Of a stretch of 64,000 nt of DNA, positions 56,277 to 64,000 are shown one piece after another. The stretch comes from an uncultured Chloroflexales bacterium (GTDB taxonomy: Bacteria > Chloroflexota > Chloroflexia > Chloroflexales > Chloroflexaceae). The stretch is from assembly GCA_937902315.1 (NCBI GenBank), contig CALGUG010000019.1:8426-72425 (forward strand), in the 5' to 3' direction. The stretch's first letter is position 1, and each line of letters starts with the position of its first letter. A program made the translations under genes and the position numbers. The notes beneath the pieces were generated by a model. That model had not been told where the DNA came from. It saw only the letters and a list, made by a program, of their open reading frames with translations, and did no database searches.

Positions 56277-57488
56277 ATGAAATCCCAACCGACACGCAGT
56301 TATCTTGTTTTTGCACTGCTCATGTTGCTCTTGAGCAGCTTGCTTGCCTGTACTTGGGTCGATCTTGGCTTAGAGACTAGTCCTCAGGCGCCAACCAGCG
56401 CTCCTGTGGCTGATCGCGAGGAACCAGTCGCCACAGCCGACGTTCTTGTAGGCGATCGTGAAGCCCCAATCTCCAATACCACTGTTGCACAAACGCTCAA
56501 TACAAGTGCCCCGGTCGAGAATGTACCCATGATCTTGCGTCAAGATGACGAGCAGGGCATTGTGGAACGGATCTTTACCCAAAACGGCCCGGCTGTTGTT
56601 CGTATTCAACTAAGCCAAGGTTTGGGCTCTGGCTTTTTAATCGACGATCGGGGGATTGTTGTCACCAATAACCATGTGGTTGAAGGTCAGCGCGAAGTGA
56701 GCGTCTTTTTCACTGGTTTGTATGAGACGCGCGGCGTTGTGCTCGGTACCGACCCCGATAGCGATATCGCTGTGGTGCAAGTCGATGATGTGCCCGAAGG
56801 CGTTCGGCCTGTGGCCTTGGGCGATTCGTCGCAGTTGAACGTTGGCCAGATGGTGATCGCGATCGGTAACCCGCTCGGCCAAGATCGCACCGTTACAACC
56901 GGTATCGTTAGCGCGTTAGGGCGCACGCTGCAAGAGTCGCAAGCGGCAGGTAATTTCTCGATCGGCGGTGTGATTCAGACCGATGCCGCCATCAACCCAG
57001 GCAACTCGGGCGGCCCGTTGTTTAACGCTGCTGGCGAGGTGATCGGTATGAATACTGCGGTTGCTGCTATTCCGACTCAGCAAGGTGCTAGCCAGCTCAG
57101 CAATGGTATCGGCTACGCGGTGCCGAGCAATCTGATCAAAAAAGTTGTGCCCGAACTGATCGATAAGGGTTCCTACGACCACCCTTATCTCGGTATTTCG
57201 ATCAGCGAACCGGTTACCACGCTCGATGTGAAAAACGGGCGTTCACCCGCCGCTGGCCTGCCGATTCGTCCTAATGCTTCTAGTCCGGTGGCCCAAGCTG
57301 GCCTGCGCGAAGATGTGATTTTGACGGCAGTCGATGGGCAAGTGATGACATCGAGCGATGATTTGATCTCGTATCTGGAACTTGAAAAGAGGCCGGGCGA
57401 TCAGGTCGTGCTCTCGATTGTTACCCTCGATGGTCGCAGCGGCGATCTTACCGTTACCTTGGGCGCTCGCCCGCGCATCAGCCGTTAA
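56277..57488 (+). CDS. HtrA/DegP-family trypsin-like serine protease with PDZ domain
   Basis: NNHVV…GNSGGPLFN catalytic motifs, N-terminal TM/signal, C-terminal PDZ. GGAGGA RBS favours ATG 56277. Confidence 0.85.
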   Translation: MKSQPTRSYLVFALLMLLLSSLLACTWVDLGLETSPQAPTSAPVADREEPVATADVLVGDREAPISNTTVAQTLNTSAPVENVPMILRQDDEQGIVERIFTQNGPAVVRIQLSQGLGSGFLIDDRGIVVTNNHVVEGQREVSVFFTGLYETRGVVLGTDPDSDIAVVQVDDVPEGVRPVALGDSSQLNVGQMVIAIGNPLGQDRTVTTGIVSALGRTLQESQAAGNFSIGGVIQTDAAINPGNSGGPLFNAAGEVIGMNTAVAAIPTQQGASQLSNGIGYAVPSNLIKKVVPELIDKGSYDHPYLGISISEPVTTLDVKNGRSPAAGLPIRPNASSPVAQAGLREDVILTAVDGQVMTSSDDLISYLELEKRPGDQVVLSIVTLDGRSGDLTVTLGARPRISR

Positions 57489-57504
57489 CAGCTAGCAGCG
57501 CTAG

Positions 57505-57660
57505 CTCATATCAAATCCGATTACTTTATCTCTTTTTAGCCTTCGGCAGAGTGGAACTTGCCTGTTTTTGTTGTGTGAGATTCGAAATCTCACACAACGC
57601 TTTTGTTGCCCCATGTTGCGAGCATGCTCGTTTTTAAGCGAATTTGGAATAAGTTCGCTT
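57505..57660. repeat. family B copy, short hairpin variant GTTGTGTGAGATTCGAAATCTCACACAAC
   Basis: TCATATCAAATCCGATTAC…AGCCTTCGGCAGAGTGGAAC…hairpin…AAGCGAATTTGGAAT. Confidence 0.65.
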
Positions 57661-57749
57661 TAATGAGGCATGACTGGCATATTGATCGTAATCGCATGCC
57701 GGCTTCGCTTGATATTCGAGTAGCTCCCCGCTTACCATATCGGCCTGAT

Positions 57750-57897
57750 CATATCAAATCCGATTAGTTGCTTGTTGGCCTTTGGCAGATTTGTTGTATG
57801 ACATTTTGCGCGGCAACGCGAAATGTCATACAACCATGTGTTCGTATTTTCGTTTTTCCTGCGTTACGAGAATACGTGTCTTTAAATGGCTTTGGCC
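57750..57897. repeat. family B copy, hairpin variant GTTGTATGACATTTTGCGCGGCAACGCGAAATGTCATACAAC
   Basis: TCATATCAAATCCGATTAG…TTGGCCTTTGGCAGA…hairpin…TTTAAATGGCTTTGGCC. Confidence 0.65.
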
Positions 57898-57989
57898 TGA
57901 AAGACAATGCTTGTGCCAAGCAGATCGCAGCGAGAGACAGAGAAAAGCGCTGGCAGCCTTGAAGGCACGAATGGGTGGACGGCCGACTT

Positions 57990-58035
57990 AGTAGCCGTAG
58001 GCGGACGCGCTAGGGCCCTTTTTTGTGGGAAGCGG
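57990..58035. repeat. family A terminus (half copy)
   Basis: TAGTAGCCGTAGGCGGACGCGCTAGGGCCC. Confidence 0.5.
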
Positions 58036-58374
58036 CCCTTCCGCCTACTGATCTGTACTATACACTTCTGTGGCGTTAACAAGCTGTAGCTACTTCCCGC
58101 CGTATTGAATTGACAGTCAGTGCTTGATCGGGTATCGTAAGATGAGCTTTATGGGCTGAAAAGGCGGTTTGAAAGCCTAAAAGTCCTTTTTGCAAGCTGA
58201 GAATCTGCTCACATCTACGGCGTGTGGTGTGCAAGGCTCTTGTGACCGGTTCGTTTAGCATAAGCAAAGCCTCAGTTATTGCGCGTTTCTGCTTCCTAAA
58301 CGTACCCAGTAGCGCAACGATACTTGCGATGTATCCCTAGAGACAGAGAACGACAAGAAAGTGGGTTGTGAATC

Positions 58375-59280
58375 ATGGCAGATAGCTTGTTCCCTGTTGT
58401 CAATACAGGTTGGGATACGCGGGTGCAGGTGTATGCTTGTGGATCGCTTGTGCAGGTCTTTGTGATCCAAACTCAACGTTATGTTGTGATTGTTGATCCT
58501 TTGTTTAATGGCGAGACAGCGCGGGCACTGCTTGAATATATCCGTCCGAGCTTGACTGGACGCCCCTTGTTGGTGATTTTGAGCCACGCCGATTGGGATC
58601 ATGCCTGGGGATCTTTCTTGTTTACTGGTCCCGATGCGGAGTTCCCGAGTTTGGTGGTTGGAAGCACCTTGACGGCGCAACGCCTGCTTTCGAGCGAGGA
58701 ACAGGACTTTCTCGCAAAGATGCGCGCGGAAGAGCCCGGGCGATTCGATGATGTACGCTTGGTGCCGCCTTCGCTGGCCTTTAGCGACGAGTTGCGGATC
58801 GATTGTGGCGACCTGACCTTGGAGCTCTTTCCGACCCCCGGCCATCAGCCCGACCATATCTCGATTTTTATCCCCGAGATCGGCCTTTTGTTGGCTGGCG
58901 ATGCGGCCGAAGAACCCTTTCCGGTTGTTTCTGAAGATAGCGATCTGCCCCAATTGCGCGCTTCACTGGCGCGAATGGCGGCTTTAAACGCCCGTCAAGC
59001 TTTTTATTGCCACGCCCCTGTCGAGAGCGGCCCCCAACTGATCGAGCGAAATATCAAATACTTCAATCTGGTTGAGGCTTATTGTGCTGTCGCCCTTGAG
59101 ACCGGCCTGAAGGTTCCTCAGGATAAAGATGCAGATTTTGAAGCTTTGGTTGGTCTGCCTTTAGCAAATGTCCTTCCTAGCCACATCTCAATCGATTCTC
59201 TAGCTGAATACTATTCTCCTAGCCATCGCACAACGATTCGAAAGATGTGTCAGTATCTTATCGATCGTGCTGAAACCTAA
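58375..59280 (+). CDS. MBL-fold metallo-hydrolase
   Basis: SHADWDHAWG metal-binding motif. Confidence 0.65.
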   Translation: MADSLFPVVNTGWDTRVQVYACGSLVQVFVIQTQRYVVIVDPLFNGETARALLEYIRPSLTGRPLLVILSHADWDHAWGSFLFTGPDAEFPSLVVGSTLTAQRLLSSEEQDFLAKMRAEEPGRFDDVRLVPPSLAFSDELRIDCGDLTLELFPTPGHQPDHISIFIPEIGLLLAGDAAEEPFPVVSEDSDLPQLRASLARMAALNARQAFYCHAPVESGPQLIERNIKYFNLVEAYCAVALETGLKVPQDKDADFEALVGLPLANVLPSHISIDSLAEYYSPSHRTTIRKMCQYLIDRAET

Positions 59281-59384
59281 ATCGATCAAAAGGAAATTCA
59301 CGAATAGACGTTTATTGATATAAATTGCCTACTCTGGGTTCCGCGCTTGCTGAAAACGCACATCTTGTCATAAGGGGAGTGGCT

Positions 59385-60716
59385 ATGGAGAACGTTCGCG
59401 AATCTGCCGATTGGGGAGTGAATAATAGCCAAGTTTGGAAGCCGAAACGTTCTGCTGTTGTCGGCTGGGTTTTGTACGATTTAGCGAATACGATCTTCTC
59501 GATGGCGATTGTATCGCTCTACTTTTCGCTCTGGGTGCGCGACCGAGTCGGCGAGGAGCGGGTCGACTTTATTTACGGCATAACGACAGCGATCTCGATG
59601 GCTATCATCTTTATCGTCTCGCCGATGTTAGGCGCTATGACCGATAAAGCCAAGCGTCGCATGCCCTTCTTGGTGGTGAGCACCCTGATCTGTGTGGTCT
59701 TTACTGCGCTGTTAGGCGTAGGTGGCCTCTATATCACCTTAACGCTGTTCGTTATCGCCAATATCGCTTACCAAGCGGGTATTCAGTTTTACGATGCGCT
59801 CTTGCCCGATGTGAGTACGGAAGAGAATCGTGGCTGGATCGGTGGCTTGGGTGTTGGAGTAGGCTATTTAGGCTCCTACATCGGAATCGGGGCTGGCTTG
59901 CTGATCACCAGTTTCTATGGTCTGCCCGTTCAGATGATCTTTCCAACGGTTGCTGTGCTTTTTCTGCTTTTCTCGCTCCCCTGCTTCTTTTTTGTGCGTG
60001 AACAGCCGAATCTCCAGGCCGAGCCTTTTAGCTGGAGCATGCTGCAGCGAGTTACCACCCAAACCTTAGAGACGATTCGCAATAGCCAAAACTATCCGGG
60101 TTTAGGCCGCTTTTTAATCGGGCGTGTGTTTTATACCGATGCGATCAATACCGTGATCAGTGTGATGGGCCTGTACGTTACCAATCAAGTTGTGCGCTCT
60201 GGATTGAGTGCGGAGGAGGGCGCTTTTAGAGCCCAGATCATTCTGTTAGGCGCTGTGACTTTTGCGATTGTGGGCGGTTTGGTGTGGGGCAAAATCGTCG
60301 ATAAGATCGGCCCGAAACGGAGCCTAACGATCGTGTTGATCTTGTGGATGGCGATCTTTCTGCTAGCCGCTTTGATCGGTCTGCTTAACTTGCCGATCTG
60401 GCTCTTTTATGTTGTCGCGGCCTTAGCGGGCTTCGCTTTGGGTGGCACTTGGGCGGCCGATCGTCCCTATATGCTGCGCCTAACCCCGCCCGCTCGCATC
60501 GGCGAGTTTTACGGCTTGTACAGCATGGTTGGGCGTTTCTCGGCTATCACCGGCCCGCTGCTGTGGGGCCTAGTGGTCGGCTGGATGTTTGCTGGCGACC
60601 CCAACCTCGGCCAGCCGGTCGGCGTATTGGTGCTTTTAGCCTGTATTGTGATCGGCTTTGTGATTCTGCAGCCAGTGAGCGACGCTCCGCGCACTTGGCC
60701 CGAGCACGAGCGCTGA
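59385..60716 (+). CDS. MFS transporter, UMF1/Atg22-like family
   Basis: Typical UMF1 N-terminus (WVLYDLANTIFSMAI) and 12 predicted TM segments. AAGGGGAG RBS before ATG 59385. Confidence 0.65.
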   Translation: MENVRESADWGVNNSQVWKPKRSAVVGWVLYDLANTIFSMAIVSLYFSLWVRDRVGEERVDFIYGITTAISMAIIFIVSPMLGAMTDKAKRRMPFLVVSTLICVVFTALLGVGGLYITLTLFVIANIAYQAGIQFYDALLPDVSTEENRGWIGGLGVGVGYLGSYIGIGAGLLITSFYGLPVQMIFPTVAVLFLLFSLPCFFFVREQPNLQAEPFSWSMLQRVTTQTLETIRNSQNYPGLGRFLIGRVFYTDAINTVISVMGLYVTNQVVRSGLSAEEGAFRAQIILLGAVTFAIVGGLVWGKIVDKIGPKRSLTIVLILWMAIFLLAALIGLLNLPIWLFYVVAALAGFALGGTWAADRPYMLRLTPPARIGEFYGLYSMVGRFSAITGPLLWGLVVGWMFAGDPNLGQPVGVLVLLACIVIGFVILQPVSDAPRTWPEHER

Positions 60717-60789
60717 TACCAGTTCGCTTCACTGCGAAGCTGAGGAAGGGCTTGTACAAATGCGCGTTGCGTAATATTGGCGGAGACAC

Positions 60790-60850
60790 GTTTAGCCCAA
60801 AGAAGGCTGTAGGCGCGTCCGCCTACGGCTACCAACATCCCGTCCGCAAC
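60790..60850. repeat. family A terminus (half copy)
   Basis: GTAGGCGCGTCCGCCTACGGCTACCAACATCCCGTCCGCAA. Confidence 0.55.
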
Positions 60851-60892
60851 CCGAGGTCGTATCGGTGCGCGCCGACGGCCCCCTGATGCCAA

Positions 60893-61040
60893 CTGCTTGA
60901 TTACGTTCTATTTGGCCTTCGGCAGAGTGGAACGTGACCATTTTTGTTGTGAGATATTTCGCGCGACAGCGCGAAATATCTCACAACTCTTTTCCCGTTT
61001 TTGCGTTACAAGAGCGCAGGTCTGTAAACGAATTTGGTAT
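60893..61040. repeat. family B copy, hairpin GTTGTGAGATATTTCGCGCGACAGCGCGAAATATCTCACAAC
   Basis: …TTTGGCCTTCGGCAGAGTGGAAC…hairpin…CTTTTCCCGTTTTTGCGTTACAAGAGCGC…GTAAACGAATTTGGTAT. Confidence 0.65.
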
Positions 61041-61123
61041 GATTGCAGATATGTTCGTGCATACTTGCAATGCCGAAAAACAAAACACAGGTCCCGTGCC
61101 TAAACACAGGACCTGTGTTGGCG

Positions 61124-62779
61124 TTAGCGAGGTACGTAGGTCGTGATACGATCGCGATAGAGTGGTTTGTAGTGTTCGTGTAAGGTCGTGAGGAATGCTG
61201 TCGTCCAGCGCCCCTTGGCGTCGACCGTCTCGTTCGGCCCGATCGGCAGCATAATTACGCTGAAGTGTTGCTGACGCACCTCTTCGAGCAGATGACTCTC
61301 GTCCCAGACACCACTTCTGACAGCTGGCCCCATAGTCGAGGGGTCGTCGTAGCGCAGAGGACGCCCGGCAGCTACCAACAGCGCCACATCATCGGCCAGC
61401 ACCTCGCCCGGTTGGCTGCGGATCAAAGCGAGATAGCGCCCCGAGTGATTGTCGAGTGGGTCGAACTGGTTGCCGTACCAAGCTGGGCGCTCGACAAAGT
61501 TCCAGAATTGCAGCGCTATTAAAGCGACCCCCAGACAGGCCAACAGGCTGACCTTCCAGATATAGGCTTGATCTTGCTTGGCTTTCCGGCCCTTCTGTAA
61601 GCTATAGAGCGGCGTTCCAATTAAGCTGCTGCTGATCAAGACCAGCGCGAGATGGGTTTCGAGCAGATGGTTGTGGTTGGCTCCGATCTCGCCCGCCCCA
61701 AAAAGGGTGCAGGGCGCTGCCAGCATATAGCAGGCCGGAATAAGCGCTTTGGCTTTAAGATCGGGCTTGCGCACAAGCTGGAAGATCGCCGCTACGATTC
61801 CGGCGATGGCCAAGAGCACAAGCGGCCATGATGGGAGCAACAGTTCGAGAAACTTGAGCATCAGATCGAACGACCACCATTCGCTGCGGTGCAAGCCCCA
61901 AATATGGAAGGTGTATTGACCGTCGCTGATGAGGTCGAGCAAGGCCCAGACAAGGCCGACCATAAGCACATATGCGAAGCCAAAACCGAAAGCGTGCCAG
62001 ACCGCTCGATCGCGCCAGAGCCGTGCCAACGAGCGCTCCTCTCGTAGTGCCTTGGCGCTCGCGGCCAAAAACAGCGCTAAGCAGACCGAGGCCGGTGCCA
62101 CGATCGCGGTCTGTTTGGTGAAGTAGGCCAACACAAAGCAGCACAGTGCGATGAACGGGGCACCATAGCGCCGGAGAAACGAGGATTTCGAAGCGATCGC
62201 TGCTTGCGGATCGTAGAAACTTGCCGCAAAGAGGCCAGCCATCGTGAAAGCCAAGGCTAGCGGATCTGGCTTGATGCGAGTCGACCAGAGCTGAACGGGC
62301 GCGAAGGCTAACCACAGGCCGATCGCCAGAGTCGCGCTCGCCAGCGAGCGACTCTGGCGTAGGCTGAGGGCTGCCAAGAAGAAGGCTGTGATCAGACTGA
62401 CCGCCAAAGAGACCAGCCGCCCTTTGAAGAAGACATGCGGCCCTTGCCAGTCGGCGGGCGCAAAGATCGCCAGCAGAACGTAGTGCATGGGCGGGTAGGG
62501 CGACGATACGAAGCGATCGGGTTGCAGCGGTTGATAGAGCGCTTCGCCCGCTTGTAGTAGCCACGCCTCGTGCAAGAGCGTGCCTTCAAGACCGTCGAGC
62601 GGTAACGGAAAGGCCAAGGCTAGGCTGCTATGTTGAACAAAGCGCCAACTATGCCAGACCCCATTCCAAAGCGCAACGGCCAAACAGAGCCCGACCAGCA
62701 GATAAGCGATCAGCGCAGTGATGCGTAGGGGCGCTGCGGGCGCGTTCGTTTGAGCTTGCGTTCGTTCGCTACTGGACAT
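61124..62779 (-). CDS. polytopic membrane protein, putative ArnT/PMT-like (GT39/GT83-type) glycosyltransferase
   Basis: ~550 aa with >10 TM helices and a periplasmic-type C-terminal domain. Start ATG 62779 overlaps the upstream FKBP stop by 11 bp. Confidence 0.4.
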   Translation of the reverse strand: MSSSERTQAQTNAPAAPLRITALIAYLLVGLCLAVALWNGVWHSWRFVQHSSLALAFPLPLDGLEGTLLHEAWLLQAGEALYQPLQPDRFVSSPYPPMHYVLLAIFAPADWQGPHVFFKGRLVSLAVSLITAFFLAALSLRQSRSLASATLAIGLWLAFAPVQLWSTRIKPDPLALAFTMAGLFAASFYDPQAAIASKSSFLRRYGAPFIALCCFVLAYFTKQTAIVAPASVCLALFLAASAKALREERSLARLWRDRAVWHAFGFGFAYVLMVGLVWALLDLISDGQYTFHIWGLHRSEWWSFDLMLKFLELLLPSWPLVLLAIAGIVAAIFQLVRKPDLKAKALIPACYMLAAPCTLFGAGEIGANHNHLLETHLALVLISSSLIGTPLYSLQKGRKAKQDQAYIWKVSLLACLGVALIALQFWNFVERPAWYGNQFDPLDNHSGRYLALIRSQPGEVLADDVALLVAAGRPLRYDDPSTMGPAVRSGVWDESHLLEEVRQQHFSVIMLPIGPNETVDAKGRWTTAFLTTLHEHYKPLYRDRITTYVPR

Positions 62780-63272
62780 CAAGCAGTTCAACCTCAAAGA
62801 CCAACACCGAGTTGGCAGGGATCGGTCCCACCTCTCTACTGCCGTAGCCCAACTCCGGAGGAATGATAAGCTGGCGTTTGCCGCCGACATGCATGCCCTG
62901 AACACCCTCTTCCCAGCCTTGGATAACGGTGTTCGCGCCGATCTGGAAATCGAAGGGTGTGCCTCGATCGAGCGAGCTATCGAACTTCACGCCGTTCGAC
63001 TGCAGCCAGCCTGTGTAGTGGACCGAAACGGTCGAGCCTAGAGTCGCTTCCTCACCGTCGCCAACTACCAGATCGGCATACTGTAGACCGCTGGGCGTCG
63101 TTACGATCTGGTCTTGATCAACTGGTGTGAAGCTGTCTACTGGCTCTGCGGAGTCTCCTGCGGGCTCGATAATAGCTGTAGCGGTTGGTTGCGGTGGGAC
63201 ATTCACCAAGCCACAGCCAGCCAAAAAGATCAGCGAGAGAAGACTAAGCACGTTTTTTTGAAAACACTTCAT
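62769..63272 (-). CDS. FKBP-type peptidyl-prolyl cis-trans isomerase, lipoprotein
   Basis: Lipobox LAGCG. C-terminal FKBP domain (…YTGWL…G…FDSS…PF.F.IG…VI.GWEEG…M..G.). ATG 63272 (MKCFQK) preferred. Confidence 0.8.
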   Translation of the reverse strand: MKCFQKNVLSLLSLIFLAGCGLVNVPPQPTATAIIEPAGDSAEPVDSFTPVDQDQIVTTPSGLQYADLVVGDGEEATLGSTVSVHYTGWLQSNGVKFDSSLDRGTPFDFQIGANTVIQGWEEGVQGMHVGGKRQLIIPPELGYGSREVGPIPANSVLVFEVELLDVQ

Positions 63273-63476
63273 GGCTCGTTGTACTCCATCACGTTCAGAA
63301 TCGCAGGCATTATAGCAGAACTCCTGGGCAAGAAGGGGCCGCACTAGCCGCCTTGACCGCTTCTTGTTCGACGGGCTATACTGCCATAGATAAATCCTTC
63401 GATCGACGTTTTGCCTGCAAGATTGTCTGCCCTTTCAGCGAACGAGTGAAGAGTGCTGATCGTACAAGGAGGCTGC

Positions 63477-64000
63477 ATGCGCTACCTTAGCCCACTTCTG
63501 ACCCTTGTTGTGCTACTACTGAGCCTTGCTAGTAGTGCCGAAACGCAGGCCCAAAGCGCGGAGCGCTGTTTCCCCGAAACCGGCCATTGTATCAGCGGGG
63601 CGATCCGCGCCTATTGGGAGCGTAACGGCGGCTTGGCCGTGTTTGGCTATCCGATCAGCCCATTGCGCGACGAAGACAACGGCGAAGGCTTTCGTGGCCC
63701 GACCCAGTGGTTCGAGCGCGATCGCTTAGAAGATCATGGCGCTGCGGGGGTAATGGCGGGACGTTTGGGTGCGCGCAAACTTGAAGTCGAAGGGCGACCT
63801 TGGCAAGGTCTGCCACAGGTCGACGCAGCGCCCAGCGGATGTCGCTACTTTAGCGAGACCCGCCATAGTCTTTGTCCGCCCTTCTTGAGCTATTGGGAGC
63901 GCAATGGCGGCCTTGAGCGTTTCGGTTATCCGATCAGCGAGCCTCAGGAGGAGCGAGTTGGCGATTGGAGCGGCAGCGTGCAGTGGTTTGAACGTCGACG
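63477..64000 (+). CDS. secreted LGFP-like repeat protein, 5' partial (runs off the window end)
   Basis: CAAGGAGG RBS and a signal peptide. Two copies of a ~85-aa repeat (C..F.ETGH.I.G.I.AYWERNGGL..FGYPIS…QWFER). Not in the ORF track because it has no stop within the window. Confidence 0.55.
   Translation, partial: MRYLSPLLTLVVLLLSLASSAETQAQSAERCFPETGHCISGAIRAYWERNGGLAVFGYPISPLRDEDNGEGFRGPTQWFERDRLEDHGAAGVMAGRLGARKLEVEGRPWQGLPQVDAAPSGCRYFSETRHSLCPPFLSYWERNGGLERFGYPISEPQEERVGDWSGSVQWFERR

Noticed and set aside
178-61050. Could the dispersed repeats be a CRISPR array?
   Set aside because: Copies are irregularly spaced and kilobases apart, in both orientations, with inverted termini. There are no unit-length spacers or adjacent cas genes.
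1-64000. tRNA, rRNA and tmRNA genes
   Set aside because: I scanned intergenic regions for T-loop (GGTTCGAATCC-like) and acceptor-stem signatures and recognised none, but a by-eye scan can miss tRNAs.

Overview
This is a GC-rich (~58-60% GC) bacterial chromosomal window, mostly housekeeping and metabolic genes with many dispersed repeats. The organism cannot be named from the sequence alone.

Genes I can support:
- a complete GlgE alpha-glucan module, glgM-like GT4, glgE and maltokinase (15.2-20.2 kb)
- an RNase P RNA gene on the minus strand (~20.2-20.7 kb), recognised by sequence and structure
- a MarR regulator upstream of a fused ring-cleaving dioxygenase/carboxylesterase gene (MhqA+MhqD-like), with the same palindrome before both genes
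- a compositionally atypical VTC-domain/DUF4956/CotH-kinase trio (9.1-12.4 kb)
- an orphan SbcC/Rad50-like ATPase and a lone NurA-like nuclease
- a flotillin+NfeD operon, dnaN, secA, rplS, rnhB and a 1253-aa GAF/PAS histidine kinase
- a coxG-coxS-coxL(form II, AYRGAGR)-coxM molybdo-hydroxylase cluster
- an HtrA protease, several MBL-fold hydrolases, leucyl aminopeptidase, pth, xpt, lgt and a TlpA-like redoxin

Most intergenic regions carry copies of two MITE-like repeat families that often sit side by side:
- family A has long terminal inverted repeats around the core GTAGCCGTAGGCGGACGCGCTAG plus an internal GGGAGAAGGG hairpin
- family B has ATACCAAATCCG/CGGATTTGGTAT ends and a central ~19-bp perfect hairpin whose arms change between copies while staying complementary

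No CRISPR array, rRNA or tRNA was recognised. Many long ORFs in the six-frame track are antisense or overlapping artefacts of high GC and were not called.
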